Positions 38,650 through 52,942 of a stretch of 64,000 nucleotides of DNA are shown here, piece by piece. The notes below the pieces were generated by a model. The model was not told the origin of the DNA and made no database searches. It saw nothing but the letters and a program-made list of their open reading frames with translations. This DNA comes from Epiperipatus broadwayi (lineage: Eukaryota > Animalia > Onychophora): assembly GCA_028023455.1 (NCBI GenBank), contig JAQFVV010000001.1, positions 4,464,001 through 4,528,000 on the forward strand. The letters are read 5' to 3'. The stretch's first letter is position 1, and each line of letters starts with the position of its first letter. A program made the position numbers and the translations under genes.

Positions 38650-39204
38650 TTTACACAAAAGCCACAGATTACTAATGTAAAATACTTTGATATAAAACTG
38701 TGGGAGTAGTGTTATGCATAAGAAATAAATAATTGATGACTGAAAGTGTGTTTGTGGTCTGATGAATCATTGTTATTCTGGAAAATGCTAAAAAAAGCTT
38801 ATCATTCAACTGCCTTCTTTCAAATACGAAATTATAGTGGCAAAACTATCATTATAAGGGCAAACAAACCATGGAATTTTCTAGGTTGCTTTATACTTTG
38901 CACAAACTTGAATACGACTGCAGATTATTTGAAAATTTTGAGACAATTCTTAATGTCATTAATATTGTATACAAATAAACAATATTGCTTTGAAAGTTGG
39001 ATGATATTACACTTCTGATTTACTTTGGGGGCCTTATTTGAACAAAGAATGAAAGATCAGTATTTTCAATTGACTTCACTCAGAGAAAAGATTTTTTAAA
39101 AAATATCTGATATTTATTTATTTTTTACATATTCTGCAAACATTTTATAATTCTATCTTAACATAGTTCCTAATGCAAATAAATGAAGGACCTACACCAT
39201 ATTG
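38650..39204 (+). pseudogene. Decayed Tc1-like transposase remnant
   Basis: VCLWSDES (38746) resembles VIWSDESKF, then FLGCF...DYLKIL, and a C-terminal EGPTPY (about 39185-39204) resembling GGPTxY. No TIRs found. Confidence 0.55.
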
Positions 39205-41399
39205 TTTTAAGCACACTTTAATGATGTAAATGGTTTACTAATATTTATGATATTGTTTTAAGATTGAGATGTTAAAAATAAATTATGTTAAATAGATGCT
39301 AAGCAATGGCAAACTGCCATCCAAAATAATGTGCTATTCTCAATTATAGCATCTTATTGTCTAATAACTTTATAACTTGTTTTTGACTGTGAACTCTGCA
39401 TACATACACAACATATTTTAATAAAAATATTATTTTCTCCTATTCTTTGTCTAATTTTTGTATATATACTTTACGCTTTGTATGTAAACAATTGAAAACA
39501 TTTTGGTAATCTTTAAAAAAATATCAGATTAACATTTGTGTTAAATTCTTTGTTAACCTGTGAAGGTGGGCAATTTATGTTTGAAGGAAGTGTTAAAACA
39601 GTTCTGTGAACTTTTGAGTAGATAAATCTTAGTATTGTTTTTTTATTTATTTGTAGACATTAAAATTTGGTAGAAAATATTTATTTATATACTTGGATTT
39701 TGCTAGTTATATATTTTAAATAAATTGTATTCCAATTAAAGTAATTAATTCTTTTAAAGAAAATTCAATTAGCAAAGTGTTAATGAGTGTGTTTGTAAAG
39801 AAACAAAATATCAGTGGAATTTATTGAAAATTCAGAAAAAAATATTTTAATGGGAAAAAGTTTTAGCATGTTTCACTTAAAGTAAAAAACTATAAATTAA
39901 ATTATGAATAAGTATTTACACTATTGAGGAACTTCAATCCAATTCACTCACATCTTATAATTAAAAAAATAACTCTTTTCTATCTATAATCATTTTAATA
40001 AATTTGAAAATAATATTTTTTATATCAATACAGTAATAATCTTATGAAAAGTGAATCCACTTTGATCTAGTTTTCAACATCTTATATGAGTAGTAAATCA
40101 ATTATTGGATGTTTTGCAGAGCTGAAACAATAATATAACAGTGATTTTAATTTGCAAAATTTATAGATTTTAATTTTACTATAGTTTGTATAATTGAATA
40201 ATAATGCATTGAAAATAAGTAATAAAATGTGGTTATTATCTGAGATACTTTGTCATTTTTTTGCCATCTTACATATGTTCCAACATCTTAATATTTATAG
40301 ATGAATCACAAATTGTGATCTCTTTATAGTCTTTGTCAAATAATAATATTGTATTGTTGCCACATAAAAGATTATATATTTTAAATAAACAAAATTCTAT
40401 CCATTTAATGAGGCAAAAAGGTCATATAAAATTGAGTAATATTGTAATCTTTAGAGAACAAAAAAAAAAAAACTAGAAAAGTATCTCATATTGATTAATT
40501 AAGAGAAATCTAACTGAATGCTCTGCTAGTTATTATGATTATATTACATTTAAATGAATTTGAATGTTATTAATGTTTTTAATATTAATCAAAAATAAAT
40601 GAAATCTTGACCAAGTTGGATCAAGATATTTGTTCTGTTATTACAGCCTTTATGCTTATTAAAAGGAAATGATGAAAAACTTTTAATCATCATAAATCTT
40701 AACAAAATGCAATTTTTTTTAACCTTTACACATTGTAACAAAATGAAAGCTTTTAATGTTTATAGATTGTGCAATATTGCTTTTCCCCTCCCTAAAAAGA
40801 TTCCCACTAAAAATGATTCTTTTTTTTTTTTTTTAGTAATTTATTTATTGTGTACTTATTCTTATGTAAATGAAAATATTGTTTTTAAGAATCTAGAACT
40901 AGTATATATATAATGTATTATGTCAATATATAAATATAGGTTGCTGTGTTGTTGTTTTTTTTTTAATGGCCCATATGAATGATTCTTTTCTGTTTTGGAT
41001 AATGATCATTTACCTAGAGAATACATACCACACAAGAATCTTGCCATTCCATTCTAGCCTTGTCATTAGACAATTTGTGTTTAATGGATTGTTTCTTCTT
41101 TTTTCTTTTCTTTTTTTTGCATTAATTTGGTACACAATTTCTCTAAATCCATTGTCAGAAAGTTAAGTTGTGATTCTTCTTAAATGTACTGTTGCTGATG
41201 AATGAGTTCATTATCTGACAAAGACTATACATTAATACATATGAAAACATTAGCTGAGCAAGCACCCCCCTACATCTCTTCCTTTTTTCTGAAATCTATT
41301 TAGCTTCCCATTCTGGAAGTACTTGGGCTTTCTTTAGGCTTTTCAGATGTTGACTGTGAGATCTTATTGTTTTTCAGATGGCTATTAGTGTATTCACTG

Positions 41400-44300
41400 T
41401 GGGATTAATTACCAGCTTGAAACATTATATTATATTCTGCTTGAATTGTTAACATTATCAATTTGAAATGTTTGACTGCAGATTTGGATAAACATTTATG
41501 CAAGTTGATCTTCATTTCATTGCTGACTTTGCATAGCTGGCTTACTTCTCTGCAATAATGATGCCCTTCTGACATTCATACACTGTAAAATAGCTTACTT
41601 TTTGGTTTATCATTGTTATTAATATACATTTGTGTTTCTCTATCATGCTCTAAAAAGAGTGCTGAAAACAAGCTAAAATGACTTTTTTTAATCAGTGCTT
41701 TGTAAGTTTCACCTGCAAAGGTTAGCAATTTGGTTTTTAGTAACAAGTTCTGCTATTGACTTAGCATGAATAGTTGTTAGCATCTTATGTTGTCCTATTG
41801 TATTCTAACAAGCCATTATTTAAATAATTGTTTGGTTTTCTGGATGTCATTTTGGTACTAAACTTTTTGAACTGGCATAGTACATAAATAGATGCTGAGT
41901 TGTGAAAAAGAGGATTATCAACCATTTCCAACCATTTAAAATAGTCATTAAAAAACTGCTTGCCTCACTATTGTCCTTCATGGTCTATGTGAATCATAAG
42001 ATTAGTTATGGTTGACTATAGAATAATGAATTTTTTTTCTGTAACAATTAACTGCTTCTCTCTTCATAGTATGTCATGATCTATATGGATTCTAGAATCA
42101 AGTGCTGGCTATGGCTGACTATTGTCTTATTGTATTCTAACAAGCCATTATTTAAATGATTGTTTGGTTTTCTGGATACCATTTTGGTGCTAAACTCTTT
42201 GAACTGGCATAGTACATGAATAGATGCTGAGTTGTGAAAAAGAGAATTATCAATCATTTCCAACCATTTAAAATAGTCATTAAAAAGCTGCTTGCCTCAC
42301 TATTGTCCTTCATGGCCTATGTGAATCATAAGACTAGTTATGGCTGACTATAGAATAATGAATTTTTTATTCTGGTAAATTCTAGCTTCTGTAACATTTA
42401 ACTGCTTCTCTCTTCATAGTATGTCATGATCTATATGGATTCTAGAATCAAGTGCTGGTTATGGTTGTCTATAGACTAATTAAGATGTTATCTAGCATGT
42501 TCTGCATAGCATTTCTAAATTGATATCTGGTTCATATGAATGAGGTAACATACTATTCTTTTATCAATAAATGGTCCCATGCATTATTTGAGATCTTCTA
42601 ATTTGTTATTTAGCCATTTCCTGAATTAATATCTAGTATCTTCTTTTTAATTCCCAGGTGATCAAAATATCACAAGTCTAGCATTTGTTTTTAATCATGA
42701 TATAATATGAACATTTGTGATTCCTGAACAATATGTTTACTTTGATTGAGACCTCTTATAATACTGTTTGACTTGTTATTGACTATCCTAAATGAATAGC
42801 AGAATCACCCCTAGTCTGGCATGCTACTTTTTATTATTGGAAAGTTTTATTGGTTTCCAAATCACTCAGTTTGAATATTATATTATTTTATATGACTACT
42901 TAATTGCTGAGGGGTATACATAGTAGTTGTTTCTATTTTCCTTTGATATGTGTTAACAAAAGATTAAACCAAAATAATATATGGCAAAATGTATGCATTG
43001 GGAGGTCCTTATCAGCTTCCAAGTTGCTTAGCAATGGCTTATGTTCAGTTTTTAAGTTGAACCTTTTTCTTGTACAGATACTTTTGGAAAATTTATTATT
43101 CCACTTTGCTGGTGCTTTCTGCACTATTTGGGAGTATTCTGCCTTGATTATTCTCTCAGCAGATTATAATGAGCAAGTCTCTTATACTTAGCTATACATT
43201 CTTTAAACTCAACTCAATCTTGAAGGATTTAAGCAGACTATGAAAAGTTTGGTCACATTGTTATTATAATCCAAGATGATAATTAACCTAAAATGGCAGG
43301 ATAGCTTTATTATAAAAGTCTGAGCTTTCAGTGTTATCTTTAGTTTAGACTTAATGATATTGATCATTTATTATTTAACTTTATAATATGAAAATTTAAA
43401 AATTTTTCCATTTCAAATATGTATATAACTATGCTAATAATAATTCTCATTATTTTAAATCTTTCGAATGGTGTCTCTCGTGAAAGCTTAGAGCTGTTAA
43501 GTGACTTGGCCACCTGGGAGAAGACAATAAAGTATGGAAGAACTCTCAATATTCTAGTTATCAATTTTTCAGGTATATGCTACTAATATGCCAAAGGTAA
43601 TTATTCATTTTGAATAGATCATTATGAGCTATATTGGCCAGGACCTTTGCAAGCTTTTCCATCAACTAAGAGCTGAAGCTAAATATGCTTAAGATCTGTC
43701 TTTGAGAATGCCTTCTGCCTGATAATGCCATTTTGATTGTTGGAGAGAATAGTTAACTAGTGGCAATGATTTGTTAACTATATCTAGGCTACCTGAAGCT
43801 TATTTATTTGCTTGGAAAGTTTGCCTCTTAGTGCAAATTACAAAGCATGGCAATATTAGTTAATAACTTTAGGATTAATCTAAATATAATTGAATGAATG
43901 GTACCTCACAACATCTGAACATGTAAGAATACTCATTCTTGTAATATTTGATACATTTGAGGTCTATTTTATTCTGACTTGAGATTTGGACCAGTGTCGA
44001 TACAACAAGTTGAGTGCATCTTTTCTCTTTAATATTCCTCACCAAAACCTCTCCAAAGTGTAGAAAATGTATTCCTTGATAATCTTACATGACTTTTAGA
44101 CTGATATACAGTATAGTGTTTATGTTTGCAAATCCTTTCCCAATTACTTTATGAAATGATGGAAACTATCAAATCTTTTTTTTTTCAAATTGTGGTAATT
44201 TATTTCTTTTGTCATTAGATTTTTTTCTCACTTCTTGTTTCAGGATTGAGGTTTATTTGTGTTTTCCGATAAACAAGCTATTTCTATAGCACAGTCAAAC

Positions 44301-44500
44301 ACTGAATGGTGGATGGTTTGCATTATATTGTTAAGATTTTTCCCTATTTGGGTGACTTTACCTCTTGCTACATTTGTAAGGGTCTATTTCAGGGTTGGCA
44401 TTGATTATTTGTGCCCCCAGTTACCTGACCTTCCGATCTTGGTGGATTAACTATTCTTTGATATATTGTGTATTCAATTCACTGATTCCACTTCTGAAAA
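41400..44500 (-). pseudogene. Decayed Jockey/I-like LINE RT remnant containing an internal tandem duplication
   Basis: Broken minus-strand motifs near 43790 (ASGSLDI, cf. KAPGxDxI), 43640 (cf. LDVEKAFDKVW), 43510 (cf. PQG) and 42660-42560 (cf. LGVIFDxxL...). Very degraded; boundaries are approximate. Confidence 0.45.
41790..42472. repeat. Tandem duplication of a ~332-bp unit (2 copies)
   Basis: Unit 1 (41790-42121) and unit 2 (42122 to about 42472) are colinear with scattered substitutions and an extra ~18 bp in unit 2. Confidence 0.92.
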
Positions 44501-45292
44501 GATAAAAAAAATTATCTAAATGCGTTGTCATCAGTGGACAAATCCATTAATCTGGCAAGTGTTATATTTACTCCATGCACGTGAAAATAATAAAAAATCA
44601 TAATTACATTTTATTTGTAAAAATATTTGCAATTTTTGAAACTATTTTGAAATGATGTATGAATTTATAAGCTGTAAATAAAAAAAAAAGTTTTGTATGT
44701 ACCCCTGCTCTGCCATAATTTATATATATTATAAATCACATTCTTGTGAAATGCTAACACTGCACAATTTTTTTGAAATTCTTTTATCAAGATATTTCAT
44801 GCCAATTTAATATATAACTTGGTATAATATTTCCTATTTTAAAATAGGATTTCATTTACTTCCAATTAAAAGCACAGGAATCTATTTATTAAGGAAACAT
44901 GAATGTTGTTTGTTTGTTTTTTTTATTCTGATATATTTCTATTGGTTTATATTGGGTAAGTCTATGCAGTTTTGTTTTTCAATATTTTTTTTTTAAAAAA
45001 AAAAAAATAATTGATAAGATTCTGAGACTTTTCCAAATTACTTTAGCAAGTTTAAAAAAAAAATCCACTTCCATGAATTTTTTTTTTGTTTAATTTCTTA
45101 ATATAATATTTTTTTCTTGTCATCAGTCTTTCAAAATAGAATAAATTAATTCTTGATATAGTAGTACCACCAATGCAAGACAGAGTAATAAATGGATGCA
45201 ATTAAGTCCTAAGATCTAAGTGCAGTATTCTCAGATCCAAGGCTCCTCACTGATGAAATCCATAAGTTGGAAACTAGTCTGGGAATATTGTA

Positions 45293-45390
45293 TGAGTAGG
45301 TACTAGATAGGGATTTTATGCAAAAACCTTCTTGCATTCATTGATTATTCTGGTTTGCACTGATGGCGCTATTATATGGAGAGTTTAGCC
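45293..45390 (+). repeat. Dispersed repeat copy 2 (homologous to 16638-16736), unclassified
   Basis: Colinear alignment with 16638-16736, same orientation. Confidence 0.75.
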
Positions 45391-46150
45391 TCTGTGTAAA
45401 CAGCTTGTTAAGCTTGGATGTTTAGTAGAATAAATTAACAGATATCTGTACTGAGAATGTACTGAGTTTTGTTAATAAGAATAAATTTTCTTTATGAGAT
45501 TATAAATGTCATTGTTGATAAGTGTATTAATAATATTTGATGTATTTTTGTCAGGAATTGAAATCTTTTTTGTTCCAGGTTAATGCTTAGGTTTTACTTG
45601 TAATGGAATAAATATTTAAATCATGTTAATTTATTACAGCAAATGCATTCTTCCATTTTGTTTTATGAATATAAATCAAATAGTGAATTGACAGAGTTTC
45701 TAATCTGATTAGGTGGAAAGATTCTTTGGTAATAAATGGCATAGTAGCATTTACCTGTCTTTCATTAATTAAACAAGTACTTAATATATAAAACTACTGA
45801 ATAAATAAATAAAAAAAAGTTTTTTTTAATAATAATAACAACCAACATTTATTATTAAAGAATCTAGATGATTTATTTTATACTTTTCATTATAAATATA
45901 GCCCTACATATTTAGTGATGTGGTAGAGTGATTAGTCACTGTGGAGCTCCATTGAGACTTTCCGAACCTCAATCCACTCAATTATTATTAGTTTTAGAAT
46001 TATATAAATCTGTGATGAAAAAAAAAAGTTTAATATGTAGTCAGCATATATATATATAATTATTGATGGGAGAGTGTGTTCAATTTTAGCACATGTGTGA
46101 AGAGTAGTTGCTTTTACAATATTATAGATATATAAATCGTTATATATATA

Positions 46151-46456
46151 TTGTGACGGGTTCGATCCGCAGAAGATCTTACGCTGCAAATGTTTTAGCT
46201 GGTTACAACCTTCTTTATAATACATTTATAATCTTATTTAATTATAAATATTACGTGAACGAACCGGCACGTTTGAGCAAAGTGGAAAATATTATTGACA
46301 GCTTTAGCTGTAAATAATACCCATGATCAGATCGAGCTATGCAACGCATAACACGATCACATTTCCAGATCGTGGCGCCCATCTCGGCTGCTAGATTCAA
46401 ACCCCTACTATCCAAACACTTTATTTGTTTCGGAGTAAACCCCGGGCGCCAGCTAG
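46151..46456. mobile_element. CpG-rich young TE fragment, with an LTR-like TGTGAC...GATCACA segment and a Helitron-like 3' end
   Basis: CpG is abundant relative to background. TG...CA bounds 46151 to about 46360, followed by tggcgccc. The segment ends ...cggagtaaaccccgggcgccagCTAG|T (46453-46457), resembling a Helitron hairpin + CTAG terminus. Confidence 0.35.
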
Positions 46457-49453
46457 TCTAAGACTAACATGTTCGGACAGTAGGCTCATAATCCAGTGCT
46501 CGAAAAATCCCTTAACTAGCTCAGTCTATTTTTTTTTATTCAATAACAAAACATAGTTTTAAGTAGTGGTTAAAAGAATTAACCGACAAATAAAGTTTTA
46601 AGTTAATTTATTTTAATTAACATTATTAAACTAATTTTAAATATTTTATCAATCTTATTTACTAATATTATACACGCACAGATATAATTCGCACACTACA
46701 ATATCTTATGAGAAAGCATTAAACAAAAATATTTGAAATTCAGAATACAATGAAATTAATATACTGTCACATGAATACACACAACATTTTAAACACCGAT
46801 ATTAACAGTTCGTCTATGGATGCTATAGAGTTTTTAAATTTGACTCTTAAGCTTTATGAATGCAATGGCTACTTTATAAATGAATATAAGAAAATGTTTT
46901 ACCTAGGATTTTGAACGTTGATACTTCTTGCTGTTTGCTGCTTCTGATGAAGTATTTCTAACCGGTTAGATTTGAAGTTTCCTTGTGGAGATTTAATGCT
47001 GATTATTCCGAGGCATTTTCTTTAAGACAATTAGATATTGAGCGGCTTCAGGTTGTTACGCAAACATCATTTTTATCTGGTAGATTGGCTGTTTTCATCG
47101 GACTTCAGACTGGAGAAAGTCGTATGTTTTCTGAGGTTTTAACACTGCATTCTGATATAACTCACTGATAGATTGTACTGCTGTTATCTCAAATGCCACT
47201 AACTCAACTCTAATGCAACTAACTCGACTAACTGTCCGATAAAAAATTGGCTACTTATACCTACGACGTGTTGTCATTTTTGATCTCCGGCAATATCTGT
47301 TGTCGAAAATTCCTTTGATAATCTCTTAATTACATGTTTTTGAAGATTGTTTAATTTGTAGCCATGCAAACGTGTTGTTTTATATTTTAATTAGTTAGCC
47401 ACTGCTGAGTGTTTTTTAATTTTTTAACTTTCATTTATTTTTCAATATAATTTTAACACGCACATATACACACATTTATTATTTCTTTATTTACTCTCGC
47501 ACATATATATTTTAAGATCAATTTATTATTTAGTTTTTAAGATTACTTTTTTCCTTAACTCGAATGAAAAGAGATTTATATTTTTAAACTTTACGTTACA
47601 TTTTAACTGATAATAATAAGAAAAAACTCTTTACTTCTTTTATGAAACTTTTTAGTTTGTTTCTACAGCAAACTCCCCCCCCCCCCTTTTAATTAAACAA
47701 CTGTAACTTTTATTTCAAAACTCTTAAACTTTTAACTATTTATTTTAACGAATAATTTTATTCCAATAATTTTTTAAACAAAATTATTATGTGCCAACAC
47801 AATATTGGTACAATATATATACAGAAAGTATAAAACTGAAAATAATAATTGTTGATTTATTTTCAGATTTTATTTCTTGTTTGTTTTTTACTTCATACTT
47901 TGATGGCAAACTATTAAAATGAAAAAATCCAGTAGGGTATTTGTATGTTGGCAATTGTAATTAAAATACTATAAAGCCTTGAATTATGCTGTATCAGTAC
48001 ACATTTTTTTAGTTATATGTTAGCCAAAAAAATAAACAGTCAAACAAGAATAACATTAAAATTTCATCAGCAATTTTTTTCAGATTGAAGCACATGGCAT
48101 CAGCCTTTTTTTCATCTAGGAACATTGTGTGTGATCATGTTTATTAATAAAATATCTTCAGTGTATAGCACATACATTTTATTCTATTTTTGTTATCCTG
48201 TCTGAATTTGACATGTTTTCTAACGGAAATACTAAGAAAATGAGATTGCTATTTCTTTTATTTATACCATAATATATATAAAAATATTTTATATTAAATG
48301 CTCTTATTTACTAAATACCAAAAAGTCAAAATAATTATTTCTTCAATCACAATTGGGATTTATATTTCATGTTAATATATAAACCCTAATTGAAGTTGAA
48401 GAAAACAATTATTTTTGGCCTTTTAGTAACTGCTAAATAAAAGTGTTTATTATTAAATATTATATATATACTAGGGGCTCCACTCCCTATGCTTTTTGGT
48501 ACTGATTAAATTCCATCATTCTTTTTTAAAATATATATTTAACATGAACAGACTGCATTTTATTAATTGGGTCAGAGAAAACTTACAGAGCAAGTTTATT
48601 GTTAAATAAATAATTATTAATAGTTTTTAAGATTACTTTATTTTTTTTTTTACTACAGATGCTCTTATCTGCTGAATTTTTAACAACAATTTGTTCTTTT
48701 GCATAAGAACAAGCATTTTAATTGCTTTTTAACAATTAATCTCTGGGATTTTTAGTGAACTATGTCATTTATTACTACTTCCATTTCATTTTATACATAT
48801 AGAATAGATTATTTTTTAGTATTCTGATATTTTTTATAATTGTTCCTATTTAAAACAGTCAATTAGAAATATATGTGTAATATTTGAAAGGAAATTTATG
48901 TGCGTTAAAAGTCCATTCAAATATTATTTTATGAAAGAAGCATTTAAAAAAAAAGAAACTAACAATCAAGAGAAAATAAAATTTCATTTCTTTAAAAAAA
49001 AACTTTTACAATTAAGAGAAATTAAGATTTGGTTTTATTTCTATTTTAATAAATCATTAATACTTTTTAGTGTAAACTTTTTTTTAAAAGAAATATCGTT
49101 CTCTTATGTGCATCACTGAAAATTTACTGAATCAGTCTCAATGTATTTGAAATTTTAATCTGCAAATACTTACACTAAATAAATGATTGGACAATTCTGA
49201 AATATTTTATTATTATCTTGCATTATCATTCTTTTTTAACATATACAAAATTTGAGGGAAATCCATTTGATAGAAGTAGGAATAAAAATTGATTACAAAA
49301 TTTATCCTCAACATACAAAGTTTCTATGTTAAATAAAAATATTTAATGAAGATATTGTATAGTAATTTTTTTTCTTATTTTTAATATTTTATGAATGTGA
49401 ATGAGTAAACAATTAAATATATGAAAATGTGCCCCTTCAATTTATTATTAATA

Positions 49454-49909
49454 ACTTCAGATTTGCTCATATAAAAGAATTTGAGTCGTAGGAATAAGAG
49501 GATTTCTTTTATTCCTGCATAAATATTATATCTTGTATTGTGGAGGGAAGTATTCATTTATTATTTAACACTCTCAAAATACACATACACAATTAGCTTG
49601 AAAGGCTGATCTTTGAATGTAATACAATTGTGCACATAGTGTCATATAAAAATAAATGCTTATTTACTTATAATTAAGTTTCAGTTAGAGTGACGTTTAG
49701 TAAATTCTAGACAATTTCACCGACGTCATTCATTCAAACATCGTAAATAGTAATTTAAAGTGAGAATTCTACTCTCACACTTTCCTCAACAGTACTTCAG
49801 ATTTGCTCATATAAAAGTATTTGAGTCGTAGGAATAAGAGGATTCCTTTTATTCCTGCATAAATACTATATCTTGTATTGTGGAGGGAAGTATTCATTTA
49901 TTATTTAAC
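49454..49909. repeat. Two 116-bp direct repeats (49454-49569, 49794-49909) flanking a 224-bp spacer
   Basis: The repeats differ at 3 positions by manual comparison. The structure interrupts an older repeat family whose uninterrupted relative lies near 58345-58565. Confidence 0.9.
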
Positions 49910-50260
49910 TACTTTTTTAAATGTTTTTGTTTATATGATAATATTAATTTATATATGAATAATATACATATAAAGTCTTTGGTATATGAAGGGGAGCCCC
50001 AAGACAACCAGAATCATTCTCTAGTTTGCATGCCTGTTGTAATATATGTTTCAGCTGTTACATACTTCTTGCCAGGACCCTTCTGCATCAAACTGCTAAA
50101 TGACATTGCTGTGTGAAATCGTGGTACCATATAGCAAATTTTTTTGTAAAATGCATTTCCTATATTTGTCAATTTTTTTATAATGTTAAAATGTATAAAC
50201 AATTAATGCTGATTTTTTTTTTGGATACAAACAGGATTTTTCTCAGATTTAATTCATAAT

Positions 50261-50490
50261 GGTCAGGCATTTTATTTGCAAGTTCTGAAATATTTATGCG
50301 ATGTGGTAAAATATAATCCTATTTTGTGCAAAGAAAAGAGTGCAAATTCCACCTCGACAGTGTCATCTCTCAAAGCCTTGAGGGTGAAACACTTTTTAAT
50401 TAAATTCAGCATGACCCAGCTTATCTAATAGTCATATTCACTTGATCTTAGTTCGTGCAATTTTTTTTTTAAATCTCTCAAATGAAAAAT
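50261..50490 (+). pseudogene. Mariner transposase C-terminal remnant
   Basis: Translates as GQAFYLQVLKYLCDVV...LRVKHFLIKFSMTQLI**SYSLDLSSCNFF, matching the mariner pattern FYLQVLKRLRDAV...VxxFL...PPYSPDLAPCDFFLF. Confidence 0.7.
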
Positions 50491-51475
50491 GTCTCTCTCT
50501 TTTTTTTTTTTTGTGGATTTAGAACTGATGAAGGAAATGACAGAATCATTAAAATGCATGTTTTTGGATTATTTTGAAAGGTGACAAACTGGTTTACACT
50601 GGTGCATTGCATTAAATAGACTATACTTTTTAAAGCAATTTAATTTGCAACACCTGAAAATAAATATACACTTTTTTATTACAAAATTCTGGTTATTTTT
50701 GGGTCCTCCTATGTATATATGTGTGCATGTTGAAAAATACTATGTACTTGCAGTTCAAAAAACAAAATGTATTCTATTGTATTCAAAGTTTATCAACAAA
50801 ATGTGAGCTATTATATGTAATTTACATGATGGTGACTTGAAATATAATATAGTGGATATCTTAGTTGCTATATAATAAAATAGTTAAATGTTCCAGTTTA
50901 ATTGAAAAACAAAAATTTGTTGGCATTGTTTTTCCAAACTTGTAGTTTTTCTTTTATTGAATTTAAAACAAATCATAATTTTAACTTAAAAGATTTAAAC
51001 AAGTTTAAAACCTGATTAGAAAAATAATCTTGCAATTAGTTGCTTGGAATATTGTATGATGTTTGAGCATTGAAGTGGTAGTTAAGTTCAATATAATTCC
51101 ATTCTGCTACTTTATTCAGTTGAGAATCAATTAAGGGACTTTAAATTCTTGAGTTTGCCACTCTACCTTTATGCAAAACTTTTCAAGATGCTAAAACTTG
51201 ATAATATTGGGAAAGAGTTAAAACTGGATATGTAATATAAGGATCAAGCACTTGCAATCAATCAATGTTATTGGTTTATTCTCAATCTTTTTTACATTTC
51301 ACTTTTTTTATTAGAATAGACTGGGTGATAAAGAAAAGAAGTTAAATGGTGTTATTTATATAAACTTATTAACTTTGCATCAAAATGTAGAAGAATGTGA
51401 ACAATAAATACACAAAGATTTTTTATTATTATTGTTCTAACTTCAAATGTTTATGTTATGTTTATTTTGATATAG

Positions 51476-51637
51476 CCCGTCAAGAAGCAGTAACAACTAA
51501 ACGTTTGAAATTAGATTATGAAGAAATAACACCATGCTTAAAGGAAGTTACTAAAGTATGGGATGAAATGCTTAATACTCCAGATAGAGAACAAATTAAA
51601 TTTGATCCTCAGAAATTATTAGATGCAGTAAAAGCAG
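51476..51637 (+). CDS. TBC1D1: TBC1D1/TBC1D4-like coding exon leading into the TBC domain
   Basis: Acceptor tatAG at 51474-51475 and donor GT at 51638; 162 bp, phase 1-1. It translates as (A)RQEAVTTKRLKLDYEEITPCLKEVTKVWDEMLNTPDREQIKFDPQKLLDAVKA(G). KRLKLDYEEITPCLKEVT matches TBC1D1, and the exon joins in frame to the 2167-2310 exon. Confidence 0.95.
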
Positions 51638-52942
51638 GTAGAGATTTTTATTTTTGTTGTTGAAGCGTTTTTGTTTGTTTGTTTTTAACAAAAATGTTCA
51701 ATGTTCTACTAATATAGAAAAGACAGCATTGTTTTGGGAATTTTATTTGAATAACAGGTTTTTTAAAATAAAGCAAAGCAGCTCAAAAAAATAATAATTA
51801 AATTTTAACTAAATCACCAAATAAAAAAAAAATAAATATAGGTTAGTTTTATAGAAAGTCAAGTGACATTCAAGTATCTAAGCAGCTGGTTAAGCATAGC
51901 TATTTCATTCAAATGACCATGATATTTTTTTTTCTTTATTCAACAGAAATTCTATTCATCAGTAAATCACACAGAGTACTAAATAATTGTGTAGCAGCTA
52001 CAATCATTGATGATTATCCTAGGAAAAAGTTCTATCTTTAATTAAATTTACTTCAGTTTTTCTTTGCATATTATATTCTAAATGTTGCCATGAGGATTTA
52101 GAATGTATAAAGTGAATACTAAATCTGTTTTTGTTTTCTTTTACTATAACAGTCTATTTATTTCCTATATAAGTAAATGTATTTGCATTTGGTTAATGTT
52201 TTTATTTTCCTAAATGAAAGATATAAAAAAATACATGCAAGAAACTTAAAAACAATTTATAAATGAATTTTTTTTGATTATCTGAAATATATATTTTTAT
52301 ATGAATAGACATGACTTTTTATTTATACATTATATATATATACACACACAAATACACATTAATCTGTTATATAGACGATCAATCTCTGATTTTTTTTTCT
52401 ATGTGAACTATGTTTTCTGTGAATTAATTAATGTAGAAGGTTTTTTAAAGAAAATTTGGGGTACGAAAGAGGATTTTTTTATATAACAGAAAGTATTGTT
52501 CTGCATGTGTGCACATAAATATATAGAAAAATGTTTTCGATTTAGAATGAATAGAAATTATATTGTCATTTATCTCTTTCGCTTTATTGGTGATTTAAAA
52601 TTAAATTAAATTTTTAGTTATTTTTATTATTAAAAAATGTTTATTATTAAGTTTTCAACTGAGTGTTTAATGTGTTCATATAATTTAAAGTTTAATAAAT
52701 TAAAATAATTTATATTATATATTCATAATTTCTTTATTTAATATTGTCTTTTCCCTCTCTTTCCTGTTGTATAGAAATGATTAATTTTTTATGTATTCTT
52801 TATCCTATTTTCTTTTTTGTAATAGTATTTTAAAGTTATTCTAGAAAAAGTTTTAATTTATGAAAGCATGTAGAAAAAAAACATATATATATATTGGGAA
52901 TTCTATTCAAAAGTTTAGTTTCTTTTATAATGATTGTTTCAG

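Larger units (their letters stand above)
2311..51475 (+). other. 49,165-bp GT-AG intron of the TBC1D1/4-like gene, TE-rich
   Basis: The flanking exons join in frame (...NRNLK|ARQEAV...) with no gap relative to the known TBC1D1/4 sequence (...ENQKL-Q/EA-S...). Confidence 0.88.

Noticed and set aside
46157-46168. GGTTCGATCC B-box suggesting a tRNA gene (also ggttcaaatccc near 60123)
   Set aside because: There is no properly spaced A-box and no cloverleaf; at most these are TE or SINE remnants.
24616-49909. CRISPR-like reading of the direct repeats (24.6 kb, 41.8 kb, 49.5 kb)
   Set aside because: Each has only two copies of units over 100 bp, with no repeat-spacer array and no cas genes, in a eukaryotic context.
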